Part shown: piece after piece, positions 1-9,974 of the stretch
Position numbering within the stretch: the stretch's first letter is position 1
Layout of the letters: each line of letters begins with the position of its first letter
NCBI GenBank assembly: GCA_965261735.1
Contig: OZ253470.1
Location: 4,896,001-4,960,000 of the forward strand
Direction: 5' to 3'
DNA length: 64,000 nt
Origin: Alphaproteobacteria bacterium
Lineage (GTDB): Bacteria; Pseudomonadota; Alphaproteobacteria; SHVV01
Notes under the pieces: model-generated
What the model saw: the letters and a program-made list of their open reading frames with translations, nothing else
The model's database searches: none
What the model was told of the DNA's origin: nothing
Position numbers and translations under genes: made by a program

Positions 1-836
1 CGCTGTTCGGGCTCTTCCGGGGTGCTGTGAGCAAGGACGTTGTGAGCCGGGCGTGGCGCAAGGTGAAGGTCGATTGGGACGCCTGGTGCAGCCGTGGCCT
101 CGCGGATGAGGATATCGTTCGGCTGATCCTTGACGGCACTGTGATCAAGACCCGACTGGACCGCAAGGCCACCAACATCTCGGTTCTCGCGGCTATAGGG
201 GTGCGCCGGGATGGCCAGAAGGTCTTGCTTTCGATCGGGAATATGGGCGGAGAAAGCCAGGCGGCGTGGCGCCAGTTCCTCGACGACCTTGATGCGCGTG
301 GACTGAAACGGCCCGGGTTTGTCATCGTCGATGGCGCGCCGGGACTGGAGGCGGCTCTGTCGGCGCTTTGGGGCGATGACCTTCCCGTTCAACGCTGCAC
401 CGTGCACAAGCACCGCAACCTTCTGGGTCATGCTCCCAAACACATGCATGACGAGCTGAGCGAAGATTACCGCGATATGATCTATGCCGACACTGCCTCC
501 GAGGTGGAAACCCGCCGCAAGGCGTTTGTCCGCAAGTGGCGGCTGAAATGCAGGGCCGTCGCGGACAGCCTCGCAGAAGCGGGCGACAAGCTCTTTACCT
601 TCACGCGCCTGTCCAAGAGCCAATGGAAATCAGCCCGAACGACCAACGCCATTGAGCGTCTCAACGAGGAGTTCAAGCGCCGGATCAAAACACAGACCGT
701 GCTGCCGTGTCCCGAAACAGTGCCGATGCTCCTCTGGGCACTCCTCGCTTCCGGCCAAATCCAGATGCGCAAAGTCGATGGATGGGAAACCCTCGATCAG
801 CTAATCGCCGACGAAACCCTTGACCGCGCAGCCTGA
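1..836 (+). CDS. IS256-family (Mutator-type) transposase, 5' part outside the window
   Basis: Motifs LILDG, IVDG, QRCTVH, RTTNAIERLNEEFKRR. Same translation as the C-terminal part of 56164-57390. Confidence 0.95.
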   Translation, partial: LFGLFRGAVSKDVVSRAWRKVKVDWDAWCSRGLADEDIVRLILDGTVIKTRLDRKATNISVLAAIGVRRDGQKVLLSIGNMGGESQAAWRQFLDDLDARGLKRPGFVIVDGAPGLEAALSALWGDDLPVQRCTVHKHRNLLGHAPKHMHDELSEDYRDMIYADTASEVETRRKAFVRKWRLKCRAVADSLAEAGDKLFTFTRLSKSQWKSARTTNAIERLNEEFKRRIKTQTVLPCPETVPMLLWALLASGQIQMRKVDGWETLDQLIADETLDRAA

Positions 837-903
837 CCGCCGCAAAACTCAACCCGCTCGGAGAGGCGCCAAAACCAATTTCCACCACTTTCGAGACACA
901 ACC
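1..903 (+). mobile_element. IS256-family element C, copy 1 (left part outside the window)
   Basis: Right IR aatttccaccactttcgagacacaacc ends at 903. Sequence matches the complete copy at 56064-57457. Confidence 0.95.
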
Positions 904-1163
904 CAGCGCCAGACACAGGTCTTGGACTTGCCGGTCTCGGCCATGATCGACGAGTTCCCGAGCCCCTCGTCGCTCTTCAGGATGATCCGCGCCCGCCAGA
1001 CATGTTTCTGCGAGCTCTTCGGGTCCGCGACGATAGCTTGCAATCGCTGACGGTCGCCAGACGTGACAGTAAAATGGATGCCGGTGCGCATAGCACAGAC
1101 TCGCATGACACCGCACAATACGGAATCTCAAATCGGACTCTTTCGTTCCGATCAATCCACTAG
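904..1163 (-). mobile_element. IS630-family element, left end plus transposase N-terminus (start 1091), interrupted by IS256-C
   Basis: MRTGIHFTVT...RARIILKSDEG...KTCVWRW is an IS630-type HTH N-terminus. The element ends at CTAG 1160-1163, consistent with a TA target. Confidence 0.8.
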
Positions 1164-2229
1164 AATGGGTGCAACCCGGATATAGGGGAGCGCGCCATGG
1201 ATGTTCTCGACCGCGCCGATCTCCCATTCCCGCATTCGCTACCCGAGTTCCAGCGACTTTTCCCCGATGATGCGGCCTGCGCCGCCTACCTGGAGAAAGC
1301 CCGCTGGGGAGACGGCTTTGCCTGCCCGCACTGCGGCACGGCGGGAGAGCCGTTCCACTTTGAAAACCGCCCTGGCGTCCTGCGCTGCCGCAAGTGCCGC
1401 CAGAACACCGGGCTGACGGTGGGAACAGTGATGGAGCGTAGCCACACTCCGCTGAACGTCTGGTTCTGGGCCGCTTATCTGGTCGCCAGTCAGACGCCCG
1501 GCATGTCCGCCGTGCAGTTTCAGCGGCAACTTGGTCTTTCGCGCTACGAGACGGCCTTTCAAATTCTCCACAAGCTCCGCTCGGGCATGGTGCGGCCCAA
1601 CCAAGACAGGATCGGTGGACAGCCCAAGAACCATGTTGAGGTGGACGAAACCTGGGTTGGCGGGCGAACGCGTGGGGAAGGCCGTGGTGTTCACCACAAG
1701 GTTCCCGTCTCCTGTGCCATCGAGGTGCGTCATCGAAAGCCGGGCACCAAGCTCGACAACCGGAAAGACGGACGCTATGTCGGACGCGTTCGGCTCGCCG
1801 TCGTGCTCGACCGTAGCGCCGAGTCGCTCTGTGGGTTCGTCGAGAGCACCGTCGCGCCGGGATCGCTGATCGTTACTGACGATTGGAGCGGCTACGCTGG
1901 CCTCGGTAAGCGCGGCTATGAGCACTTCGCTGTTGCCGAGTGTGGTGATCCAGAGGTTGCCGAGCAATACCTGCCGATCATCCATCTGGTTTTCGCCAAC
2001 CTGAAGACGTGGCTGATCGGTATCCACCACGGCGTTAGCCACCAGCACCTACAAGCCTACCTCAACGAGTTCACCTTCCGCTTCAACAGGCGGTTCTACC
2101 CGTTCAACGCCTTCCGCTCATTGCTCGGCATCGCGGGCGACACCTCTGCTCCAACCTATGCCGAGCTTTACTCGGGAGAGTGGCGGCACCCTACATGTAG
2201 CGGTCATGGGCGTTAACCGGATAGGCAAG
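1164..2229 (+). mobile_element. IS1595-family element A, copy 1 (left end split off by IS630)
   Basis: Right IR gttaaccggataggcaag ends at 2229. The left part resumes at the CTAG seen in the other copies (gggCTAGaatggg). Confidence 0.92.
1197..2216 (+). CDS. IS1595-family transposase (only full-length copy of element A)
   Basis: CPHC/CRKC zinc ribbon, VEVDET, TDDW, HLQAYLNEFTFRFNRR. Confidence 0.95.
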   Translation: MDVLDRADLPFPHSLPEFQRLFPDDAACAAYLEKARWGDGFACPHCGTAGEPFHFENRPGVLRCRKCRQNTGLTVGTVMERSHTPLNVWFWAAYLVASQTPGMSAVQFQRQLGLSRYETAFQILHKLRSGMVRPNQDRIGGQPKNHVEVDETWVGGRTRGEGRGVHHKVPVSCAIEVRHRKPGTKLDNRKDGRYVGRVRLAVVLDRSAESLCGFVESTVAPGSLIVTDDWSGYAGLGKRGYEHFAVAECGDPEVAEQYLPIIHLVFANLKTWLIGIHHGVSHQHLQAYLNEFTFRFNRRFYPFNAFRSLLGIAGDTSAPTYAELYSGEWRHPTCSGHGR

Positions 2230-2813
2230 GGACAACGTTCGCCATTACGTCGCCGTCTCGTTCCAGCATCCCGAACACGACCGTCTTGTTCGGGGCACCG
2301 CGACCGCGCTTCCCGCCAGTCGTACGACCGCCGACATAGGTTTCGTCCGCTTCAACATTGCCGCTAAGGGGAGTTTCCCCATCAACGTCCGCCATGTACT
2401 TGCGAAGTTCATGACCCATGCGCCACGCGCATTTGTAAGTCACGCCGAGTTGGCGCTGAAGCTCTTTCGCCGCGACGCCATGGCGGGTCGTGGTGAACAG
2501 GTACATGGCATAGAACCACTTCTGAAGTGGCGTGCGGCTCTTTGCAAATGGGGTGCCAACCATCGGGTGAATGTGGTGGCCGCAGCGCGGGCACGAATAG
2601 GCGGGCTCTTTGCGAAGACGGTAGAACCTACCAACCTTCCCGCATTTCTCGCACTCGACCTCATCCCCAAACCGGATATTCCGAAGATGCTCCAAGCAAG
2701 CATCGTCGGTAGGGAACTGGCGGAAGAAGTCGGTAACGGTGAATGTCATGGCATTGCCTCCTGACACTCAATATATAGGAACTCAATCGACGGACTTCAA
2801 TGGGATAATCACG
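2230..2813 (-). mobile_element. IS1595-family element B, 5' half (transposase start 2749), cut by element A
   Basis: FPTDDACL, CEKC/CPRC zinc ribbon, VEADETY. End sequence cgtgattatc resembles the element C IR. Confidence 0.85.
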
Positions 2814-3024
2814 TACTTCTATATTGTAATATCGATCCACTCCTTATGAGTTCCGAAAGCCAAGGTCTTAATTTCGTACTGAATAATTCCGTTGTGAGCC
2901 GTCCGCCTATAGAAATTCTTAATCTTTTGTCTTCAACAGATTGTTTTACAGGGTGCGCATCGGAGTGCAGTGGATTGGCGCTGAGAGCGGCTGCAACATT
3001 CGCGTCTATGATGATGGTGCACAC
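2809..3024 (-). pseudogene. PIN-like protein N-terminus, truncated by IS1595-B
   Basis: GTG start just after the ATPase stop. MCTIIIDANV resembles the first PIN strand with its Asp. The stop codon is supplied by the IS end. Confidence 0.5.
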
Positions 3025-3028
3025 TACC

Positions 3029-4105
3029 CTATATCCCAAATACTCTTTTTTCCTCAGATAGAAAGAAGGTCCGATAAGATCGAGGCGCATTGGTTATGTT
3101 GCCATTCTCGTCCAATCGTAATTCGTGGATTACCACTTCTGAATTGTCTCTCTCGAAATATAGTATTGAAATATCATCATGACTTATTCCAATATCACGA
3201 TCTCGTACCTCCATTCTAATTCTATCGATAAGATGATCGCTATGAGTTTCGATAATGACCTTATTATCTGTATCGTGCGCAAAGCGAGTAAGGAAGGTGG
3301 CAAGCTCCGCTTGTGCGCTCGGATGCAGGTGAATTTCCGGTTGTTGCAGCAAATAAAAACGGTTGTTTATTCCCGCAATTAGATCGACGACGATAGGCAA
3401 CACCTGGCTCACGCCATAACCAACATCTATCAAATTTGTATTTGGTCCAGCGATTTTTAGCAAGATTTGGAAAGAGTCACTGTCAGTATGCCCCAGCGTC
3501 TTTAAAGTCAATTTCTCAAATAAACCCGAGTCGCGACCAAACTTGTCTACGGTTTGTTTGGTTTCAGTCCACCGGTCCTTGTCGGCATATTTCATTTTTG
3601 CCAACAGCATTGGTACGTGCACTCCCTCGGCTTTTGGAGTATCGTCGATTGAGTCATATGCTCTCGCTGGTTTACTGCGGACGAGAGCGAGCGCATACGG
3701 CTCAAGCAATAGCGAGTTTGCGGCTTCCTGAAAGTATGACCCCAGCTTTCCAGCGGACTCCTTGGGAAGGTTCTTCAATTCACCGTCATCTTCGGAAAAA
3801 AAGCCGGACGTTGGAGATCAAGAACTTAAGAGAAAAGGGATTCTCCCAATAACCCACAAAAAGACGAGAGAACCTTATAAATATCTCTCCGGGTAGTTCC
3901 CATGTTTCCTGAGGGATTCGGAGAATAAGGCGTGCAATTTCCTTGTTTACGATCCTCGTTTTAAATCCGTAATCCTCGCTCTCGAAACTAAACGTCGCTA
4001 ATGAAGGTTGGGAGCCGCGTTTAACAAATTGGGCGGTGAATAAGGCTGCGCGCGCCCTTGAAGGCCGATGCGGGTCAAAAAAGTGGTTGTGACACTAATT
4101 TCAAA
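3029..4105 (-). pseudogene. ABC-type (AAA_21/AbiEii-like) ATPase, N-terminus lost, frameshifted
   Basis: DVGYGVSQVLP signature, LLQQPEIHLHPSAQ, IIETHSDH. An upstream frame continues across a shift near the A7 run (~3796-3802). No Walker A before the IS end at 4106. Confidence 0.8.
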
Positions 4106-4152
4106 CGCGATTGTCAACTTAACACGTCACGGCGGGCGAGTACGCTTCGGGC

Positions 4153-4593
4153 ATGGACCAGAGCAAGATTCTCCTGGGCAAGGCCCTGTACGTGGTGCGG
4201 CTTCTGGGCTGGTTGTTGTTCTTCGGAGGTCTCGTATGGAGCGTCGTCTCATGGATTTGGGGCGGAGGCTTGAAGGAGTTGAGCACACCGGAATATGCCG
4301 CCTTCACTGCCATGTTCAGTGTGGCGTTCATTCATATGAGCTGGCATCTGCACCAGCCTTTCCGCCCATCCAATCGCTTGGGAGGTATGACCGATGAATT
4401 CACCAGCGTGCGGGTCAGTCTTGAATGGTATGTGAACCCCGGCCGAATTGGGCAGGTAGAAATAGAAGGGCGTGATGAGGAAAACGCTCGCAAACTAGCG
4501 AGAGCTTTAGACGGATTACGTATTCCCCATCCACCTGTGACAGAAGGGGATCACTGCGGGCTGGCACAAATTTCTCGTCCGCCTTGGTGCTGA
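4153..4593 (+). CDS. Hypothetical membrane protein (passenger in IS1595-C)
   Basis: 146-aa ORF with two hydrophobic segments, lying inside the IRs. Confidence 0.55.
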   Translation: MDQSKILLGKALYVVRLLGWLLFFGGLVWSVVSWIWGGGLKELSTPEYAAFTAMFSVAFIHMSWHLHQPFRPSNRLGGMTDEFTSVRVSLEWYVNPGRIGQVEIEGRDEENARKLARALDGLRIPHPPVTEGDHCGLAQISRPPWC

Positions 4594-4658
4594 AGCGAGA
4601 GTTCGGAACATACGCGGCGCTCGGCGCCTATGGGGAAAGATGCAATCGGAGGCGGGCG

Positions 4659-4904
4659 GTGAATAAAGACAATGCCTATCCGCCCGAGATCGCATGGCAA
4701 CGCTTCGATGCGCTCTTGGACCGGATGCTTAGAAGCGGGCCACCAGATCGCCAAACATCGTTCCAGGCCGCTTCCGGCGGTTATAGCGATACTCAAACTC
4801 CTTCACATACTTCTGAAGGTGCTTCCCGGACACATGAACGTGCGTCCCGCGAATCGACAGCTTCAACCGCGCCCAAAAGCCCTCAATCGAGTTCACATGG
4901 GTAG
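4659..4904 (+). CDS. Small hypothetical protein antisense to the transposase 3' end
   Basis: GGAGG at 4648-4652, then GTG. Helical-looking N-terminus YPPEIAWQRFDALLDRMLRSGPP. Confidence 0.4.
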   Translation: MNKDNAYPPEIAWQRFDALLDRMLRSGPPDRQTSFQAASGGYSDTQTPSHTSEGASRTHERASRESTASTAPKSPQSSSHG

Positions 4905-5583
4905 AGCTGCGCGCGTACTGGCCCGCGCTGTGGTTGACGGTCTGGTGCGTATACCCAATCGTCGCCAATCCGCTGTAAGACTTGAGTTCGTCAGTATGAA
5001 CGGTGCTACCCGGCTCGACGTTCTCGGAGATAAACGCCTGCAAAGTCCGCTTTCGAACGTTCGGGACAACGTTCGCCATCACGTCGCCGTCGCGCTCCAG
5101 CATCCCGAACACCACGGTCTTGTTCAGAGCGCCGCGACCGCGCTTGCCACCGGTCGTACGGCCACCAACATAGGTCTCGTCGGCTTCAATATCGCCGTCC
5201 AGCGGCCACTCTCCGTCAGTATTAGCCATGTGCTTGCGGATCAAATGGCCCATGCGCCAAGCCGTGGGATAGGACACGTCAAGTTGGCGCTCCAGTTCCT
5301 TCGCGGGGACGCCGTGGCGCGATGTGGTGAACAGGAATATGGCGTAGAACCACTTGTGAAGCGGCAGATGCGTGCGGTGCATGAATGTGCCTGCGCACGG
5401 ATAAATGTGGTGTTTGCAGTGCTGGCAGAGATACGCGCGATCACGTGCCAGGCGGTAGAACTTCCCATGCGCCCCGCACTTCGGGCAGTCAATCTCGGTG
5501 CCGCCGTAACGCTTCACCATTATGTGGTGAAGGCACGCCTCGTCATCGGGAAACTGCTGCTGAAAATCGTAGAAAGTCGTCAT
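4729..5583 (-). CDS. IS1595-family transposase (element C), intact
   Basis: CPKC/CQHC, IEADETY, VHTDE, NSIEGFW, EFEYRYNRR. RBS ggagga upstream. Confidence 0.95.
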   Translation of the reverse strand: MTTFYDFQQQFPDDEACLHHIMVKRYGGTEIDCPKCGAHGKFYRLARDRAYLCQHCKHHIYPCAGTFMHRTHLPLHKWFYAIFLFTTSRHGVPAKELERQLDVSYPTAWRMGHLIRKHMANTDGEWPLDGDIEADETYVGGRTTGGKRGRGALNKTVVFGMLERDGDVMANVVPNVRKRTLQAFISENVEPGSTVHTDELKSYSGLATIGYTHQTVNHSAGQYARSSTHVNSIEGFWARLKLSIRGTHVHVSGKHLQKYVKEFEYRYNRRKRPGTMFGDLVARF

Positions 5584-6291
5584 TATTTCCTCCTGTCCCC
5601 TGCATATGGGGATTGAGACGTGACGTGTCAAGTTGATAATCGTGAAAGAAAATGACCCTTCCATTCCGTGGCCTCGATCGTGATTCCTGGATCTGTCGAA
5701 CGCGGGCGATGTGCTTGCCATTAAGCAGTAAATCACCGCTCGGTCTGTGATGGACGTACCGGGACCGGCGAGGCCGGAGTACGCCGATAGCGGACCGTTC
5801 GGCGGGTGACGAGATCGCGGCGCCGGCGTGGCCGCCGCCGCGTTGGTGCGAAGGTTTGCCACGAATCGACCCTCTTAACAAGTGAGATGTCCCCGACGCA
5901 CCACGCGTAAATCATGCGAACGTGATGTCGCACGGTGTACGTTTTTGCTAGGTTGGTGATATGCGATACGCACAGTTGTTCGTCCTCGTATTGGTAGCCG
6001 CGGCGGATTTCGCCGAGGGGCTGGAAGCCTACGACGGCGGTGACTACCCGCGTGCCGTCGAGATCTGGCGGTCGCTCGCGACTGGCGGCGACGCCGAGGC
6101 GCAGGTCGCGCTCGCCGGGCTTTACGTCAAGGGAGTCGGCGTCACTACCGACGCAAGCAAAGCGGCAAGCTTGTATAGGGCGGCGGCAGAGCAGGGCAAC
6201 GCCGATGCCCAACTTAACCTCGGCGACATGCTGGCCCGAGGTCATGGAGTCGGTGTCGATCTCGTTGGCGCCTACAGCTGGCTGACCCTAG

Positions 6292-7938
6292 GAGCGTGCG
6301 CCGCAGAAAGGTCCGCGCGGCAAAGTTGATAGCGGACGGGTTGTGGGTGGATTTGCGCAGGGGGAAGTATGATCCGATACGCCAGTTGCGTGTGGGAACT
6401 CCCGATGCCGACCACGTTTCGTGCCTACCAGCCGGACCAACCCTTGCTTTTGCCGCCGGACTTGCAGGAGTGGGTTTCCCCAGGGCACCTGGCTCATCAC
6501 GTCAGCGATGTGGTCGATGCACTGGACTTGACGGCGTTCTATGCGCCCTACGAGGGGGACGGTCGACGCAACGCCCCCTACGAGCCGTCGATGATGGTCA
6601 AGGTGCTGATCTATGCCTACGCGACGGGCACATTCTCCTCGCGCGCGGTGGCGAGGAAGCTGGAGGAGGATGTAGCGTTTAGGATGCTCGCGGCGGGCAA
6701 CTTCCCGCAACATCGCACGGTATGTGAGTTCCGACGCCGACATCTGGCGGAGTTCAGCGAGCTGTTTGTGGGGGTGGTGCAGGTGGCGCGCGAGATGGGA
6801 CTGGCGCGGTTCGGCAAGCTCTCGGTCGACGGGACGAAGGTGCGAGCGAACGCGAGCAAGCGCAAGGCGATGAGCTATGAGCGGATGGGCAAAGAGGCGG
6901 CTCGCTTGCAGGCGGAGATCGAGGCGCTGCTGACGACGGCGGGGATGGTGGACGCCGAAGAAGACGAGCGTTGGGGCGAGGATTTCCGGGGCGACGAGTT
7001 GCCCGAGGAGTTGCAACGCAGGGAGAAGCGCCTGGCGGCGATCCAGGCAGCCAAAGCGCGTTTGGAGGCGGCGCAACGCGGGCGCGACGATGAGCGCGGG
7101 CGCGAGCCGGGGCAGGACCGCAATCCCCGGGGCGGGCGGCCTTACAAGCGGGCCTACGGCGAGCCCGAGCCGAAGGCGCAGAGCAATTTCACCGATCCCG
7201 AGAGCCAGATCATGAAGACCAGCAGCGAGGGGTTCCAGCAGTGCTACAACGCGCAGATGGCGGTCGATGGGGAGCACCAGATCATCGTCGCGACTCAGGT
7301 GGGGCCACAGGCCAGCGACCAGGGTCAGCTGGTGGGGATGCTCGACGAGATCAACGAGACGTTTGGGGTCGAGCCTGCGGTGGTACTGGCCGATGCGGGC
7401 TACTGCAACGAGCCGGATCTGTTGGAGCTGGAAGATCGCGGCATCGACGCGCACGTAGCGCTGGGGCGTGAAGGCAAGTCCCAGGTGGCGGTCGACCCGG
7501 CCCGGCTCCCTGCCACGCACCGCATGGGTGAGAAACTGGCGAGCCCCGCGGGCAAAGCCCGGTACGCGCAACGCAAGTGGCTCTCGGAGGCGCCGAACGG
7601 GTGGATCAAGGAGGTGCTCGGATTCCGACGATTCAGCCTGCGAGGCTTGGCGAAGGTGCGCGGCGAGTGGGACCTCGTGTGCTTGGCGTTGAACATCAAG
7701 CGGATGGGGACGGTGGCCACGTGCTGAGGCAGGTGCTGGCCTGCCAACGCACTTGATCCGGGGCGCGCAGTGCCCATCGACCGCGTATGAAACGCGAATC
7801 TCTTCCCTTCCGGCCTTCCGGTCTGGGATTTCCATCCCAGAGTCGGGCGGGCCAGATATCCACACTCGGGCCAAAATCCCACCTCTCCGGCGGCCGCGCG
7901 CCAATCGCCCAACATCAAAACTTCTACGGCGCACGCTC
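6292..7938 (+). mobile_element. IS1182-family element
   Basis: IRs gagcgtgcgccgcagaa / ttctacggcgcacgctc, flanked by CTAG at 6288-6291 and 7939-7942. Confidence 0.92.
6405..7727 (+). CDS. IS1182-family transposase
   Basis: LLLPPDLQEW, YAYATGTFSSR, VDGTKVRANAS, NFTDPES, LADAGY. Confidence 0.95.
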   Translation: MPTTFRAYQPDQPLLLPPDLQEWVSPGHLAHHVSDVVDALDLTAFYAPYEGDGRRNAPYEPSMMVKVLIYAYATGTFSSRAVARKLEEDVAFRMLAAGNFPQHRTVCEFRRRHLAEFSELFVGVVQVAREMGLARFGKLSVDGTKVRANASKRKAMSYERMGKEAARLQAEIEALLTTAGMVDAEEDERWGEDFRGDELPEELQRREKRLAAIQAAKARLEAAQRGRDDERGREPGQDRNPRGGRPYKRAYGEPEPKAQSNFTDPESQIMKTSSEGFQQCYNAQMAVDGEHQIIVATQVGPQASDQGQLVGMLDEINETFGVEPAVVLADAGYCNEPDLLELEDRGIDAHVALGREGKSQVAVDPARLPATHRMGEKLASPAGKARYAQRKWLSEAPNGWIKEVLGFRRFSLRGLAKVRGEWDLVCLALNIKRMGTVATC

Positions 7939-8178
7939 CTAGCCTCTCGCGGCGGCCGCCAGTGGGCCGAGGACCGCCGCCGCGATATCGCAGCCACCAT
8001 GACGGAGGCACAGATCGCCGAGGCCGGCGGCCGCGCCGATACCTTCGTCGCCCGCAAAGGAACGCCTTAGGTCGAAGTCGATGGCCCTTGCCAGGGGCCG
8101 CGATTGGGTATCTGCTCGCAACAGGTGCCGGCGATTCGCCCCGCGGGGTCGACCCCGAAGATAAAGGGCGACGGCATC

Positions 8179-8450
8179 ATGCATATGGCCGACAAGACTC
8201 GAGACGGGGGGCCGTCCAGCGCCGTGACTGGGGGCGCACAGGGCGCCCGCGCCCGCGTGACGACCTCGGTTACGATCGCCAAGGAGCTACTCGATCTCCT
8301 CTCGGACGTGGCCATCGTACGGGCCTTCGGGCGCCGGGGCAGCCCTCGGTGTCGGACGTGATCGCAGAGCGCATCACCCGACACCGCCCCTCCCTCGAGC
8401 GCGAAGCGGACAAGCTGAAGCGGATTGAGAGCAAGCGCGCGCCGCGATAG
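8179..8450 (+). pseudogene. Small ribbon-helix-helix-like protein, frameshifted near 8340
   Basis: RVTTSVTIAKELLDLLSDVA in one frame continues as PSVSDVIAERI in another frame. Confidence 0.45.
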
Positions 8451-8558
8451 AGCCGATTACCGTGGGATGCCGCGGCTGGGAGACCCGGAGATTGACCGGA
8501 TAAGGTGCGCGGGGTTAGCGTTGTCCGAACAGGACTCAACAAATTTGAAGGCGGCACC

Positions 8559-9851
8559 ATGGGTAACAATGGCGGGCTGAACTGGCCGGCGAACGACTTC
8601 AGGCGCGTGCCCTATGGCGTCTTCACCGATGCCGACATCTACGCCCGCGAGCAGCAGCAGATCTTCCGCGGCCCGTTGTGGTGCTATCTCGCGTTGCAGT
8701 CCGAGATTCCGAAACCCGGCGACTTCAAGACGACCTTCGTCGGCGATACCCCCATCGTCGTCAACCGCGCCGAGGACGGGACCCTGCACGCCTACGTCAA
8801 CCGCTGCGCCCATCGCGGCACCACTCTGGTGCGCGAGGCTTGCGGCAATGCGAGCTCTCATACCTGCATCTACCATCACTGGTGTTACGACCTCTCGGGC
8901 CAGCTCATCGGCGTCCCCTTCCTGCGCGGCCTCCACGGCAAGGGCGGCATGCCGGAGGACTTCAAGATGAGCGACCACCGTTTGCGGACGCTCAAGGTCG
9001 ACACCTACGGCGAGGTCATCTTTGGCTCCTTCCAAGAGGCGCCTGAGCCCTTGCACGACTACCTCGATGATCCCATGCGGGGAACGCTCGATCGCCTGTT
9101 CGGCAGGCCGATCGAAATCCTGGGCTACATGCGCCAGCTTATTCCCGGCAACTGGAAGCTCTACTTCGAGAACCTCATGGACGCCTACCATGGCGGTCTA
9201 CTGCACCAGTTCCAGACCACGTTCGCGATCGCGCGCAACACCCAGGTCGGGGGCTCGACCCTCGACAAATACGGCCGTCACCGGACCTGCTTCACCATCC
9301 ACGGCAGCGACACCGAGGAAGAGGCGGCCGCCGGCTATGATGGCGACGTCGCCTACAACAGCGACCTACGCCTGCGCGACCCCTCGATCAACGAGTTCGT
9401 GGACGAGGACGGCTCGGGCGAAGGGCTAACCATGATGGCGATCTTCCCCTCGGTATTCTTCCAGCGCCTCAACAACACGCTCGCGACGCGCCAGATCAAG
9501 CCCAAGGCCGCCGGCGCCTTCGAGCTCTACTGGACCTACTTCGGTTACGCCGACGACGATCCGAAAATCCGCCTCATGCGCCTGCGCCAGGTCAACCTGA
9601 TCGGGCCCGGCGGCCTCGTCTCCATGGAGGACGGCGAGGCCGGGCGGCTCGTTCAGCTGGGGATCGGACGCGAGCAGGACGCTCACTCGGTTATCGAGAT
9701 GGGCGGCGTCGGGCCGATCGTCGATCAGGACTCGCTCAACACCGAGGTGCCGGTACGTGGCTTCTGGCGCTACTACTGCCATCTCATGGGCTTCGAGCCC
9801 ACCGGCGGCGCGATCTGGCCGCCCGCGGAAGCCGTACACGCCGCGCCTTAG
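8559..9851 (+). CDS. Rieske ring-hydroxylating oxygenase alpha subunit (salicylate/anthranilate-type)
   Basis: Rieske site NRCAHRG...CIYHHW, mononuclear Fe site ENLMDAYH...LH, and SMEDGE. Confidence 0.92.
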   Translation: MGNNGGLNWPANDFRRVPYGVFTDADIYAREQQQIFRGPLWCYLALQSEIPKPGDFKTTFVGDTPIVVNRAEDGTLHAYVNRCAHRGTTLVREACGNASSHTCIYHHWCYDLSGQLIGVPFLRGLHGKGGMPEDFKMSDHRLRTLKVDTYGEVIFGSFQEAPEPLHDYLDDPMRGTLDRLFGRPIEILGYMRQLIPGNWKLYFENLMDAYHGGLLHQFQTTFAIARNTQVGGSTLDKYGRHRTCFTIHGSDTEEEAAAGYDGDVAYNSDLRLRDPSINEFVDEDGSGEGLTMMAIFPSVFFQRLNNTLATRQIKPKAAGAFELYWTYFGYADDDPKIRLMRLRQVNLIGPGGLVSMEDGEAGRLVQLGIGREQDAHSVIEMGGVGPIVDQDSLNTEVPVRGFWRYYCHLMGFEPTGGAIWPPAEAVHAAP

Positions 9852-9974
9852 GAGTCGGCGCTCACGCCCGTTCTGTCCGCCCGGCCGGCATTGCGCTCCG
9901 GCAGGGCAATGAGAATGCGCGCGGCGAGGCCGCCGATGGCGCGTGCCGTCGCCGTCGCCACCAGGGAGGAACCC

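Larger units (their letters stand above)
4106..5644 (-). mobile_element. IS1595-family element C with passenger ORFs
   Basis: 26-bp IRs at 4106-4131 and 5619-5644 (23/26 match). No TSD visible. Confidence 0.88.
5961..8070 (+). pseudogene. Secreted Sel1-repeat protein interrupted by IS1182
   Basis: Signal peptide and AQVALAGLY/AQLNLGDM repeats. Removing the IS restores WLTLASRGG...EAQIAEA in frame. Confidence 0.88.

Noticed and set aside
2230-5644. IS1595-B and IS1595-C as a composite transposon carrying the ATPase-PIN module
   Set aside because: They are different elements and both cut into the cargo genes, so they disrupted the module rather than captured it.
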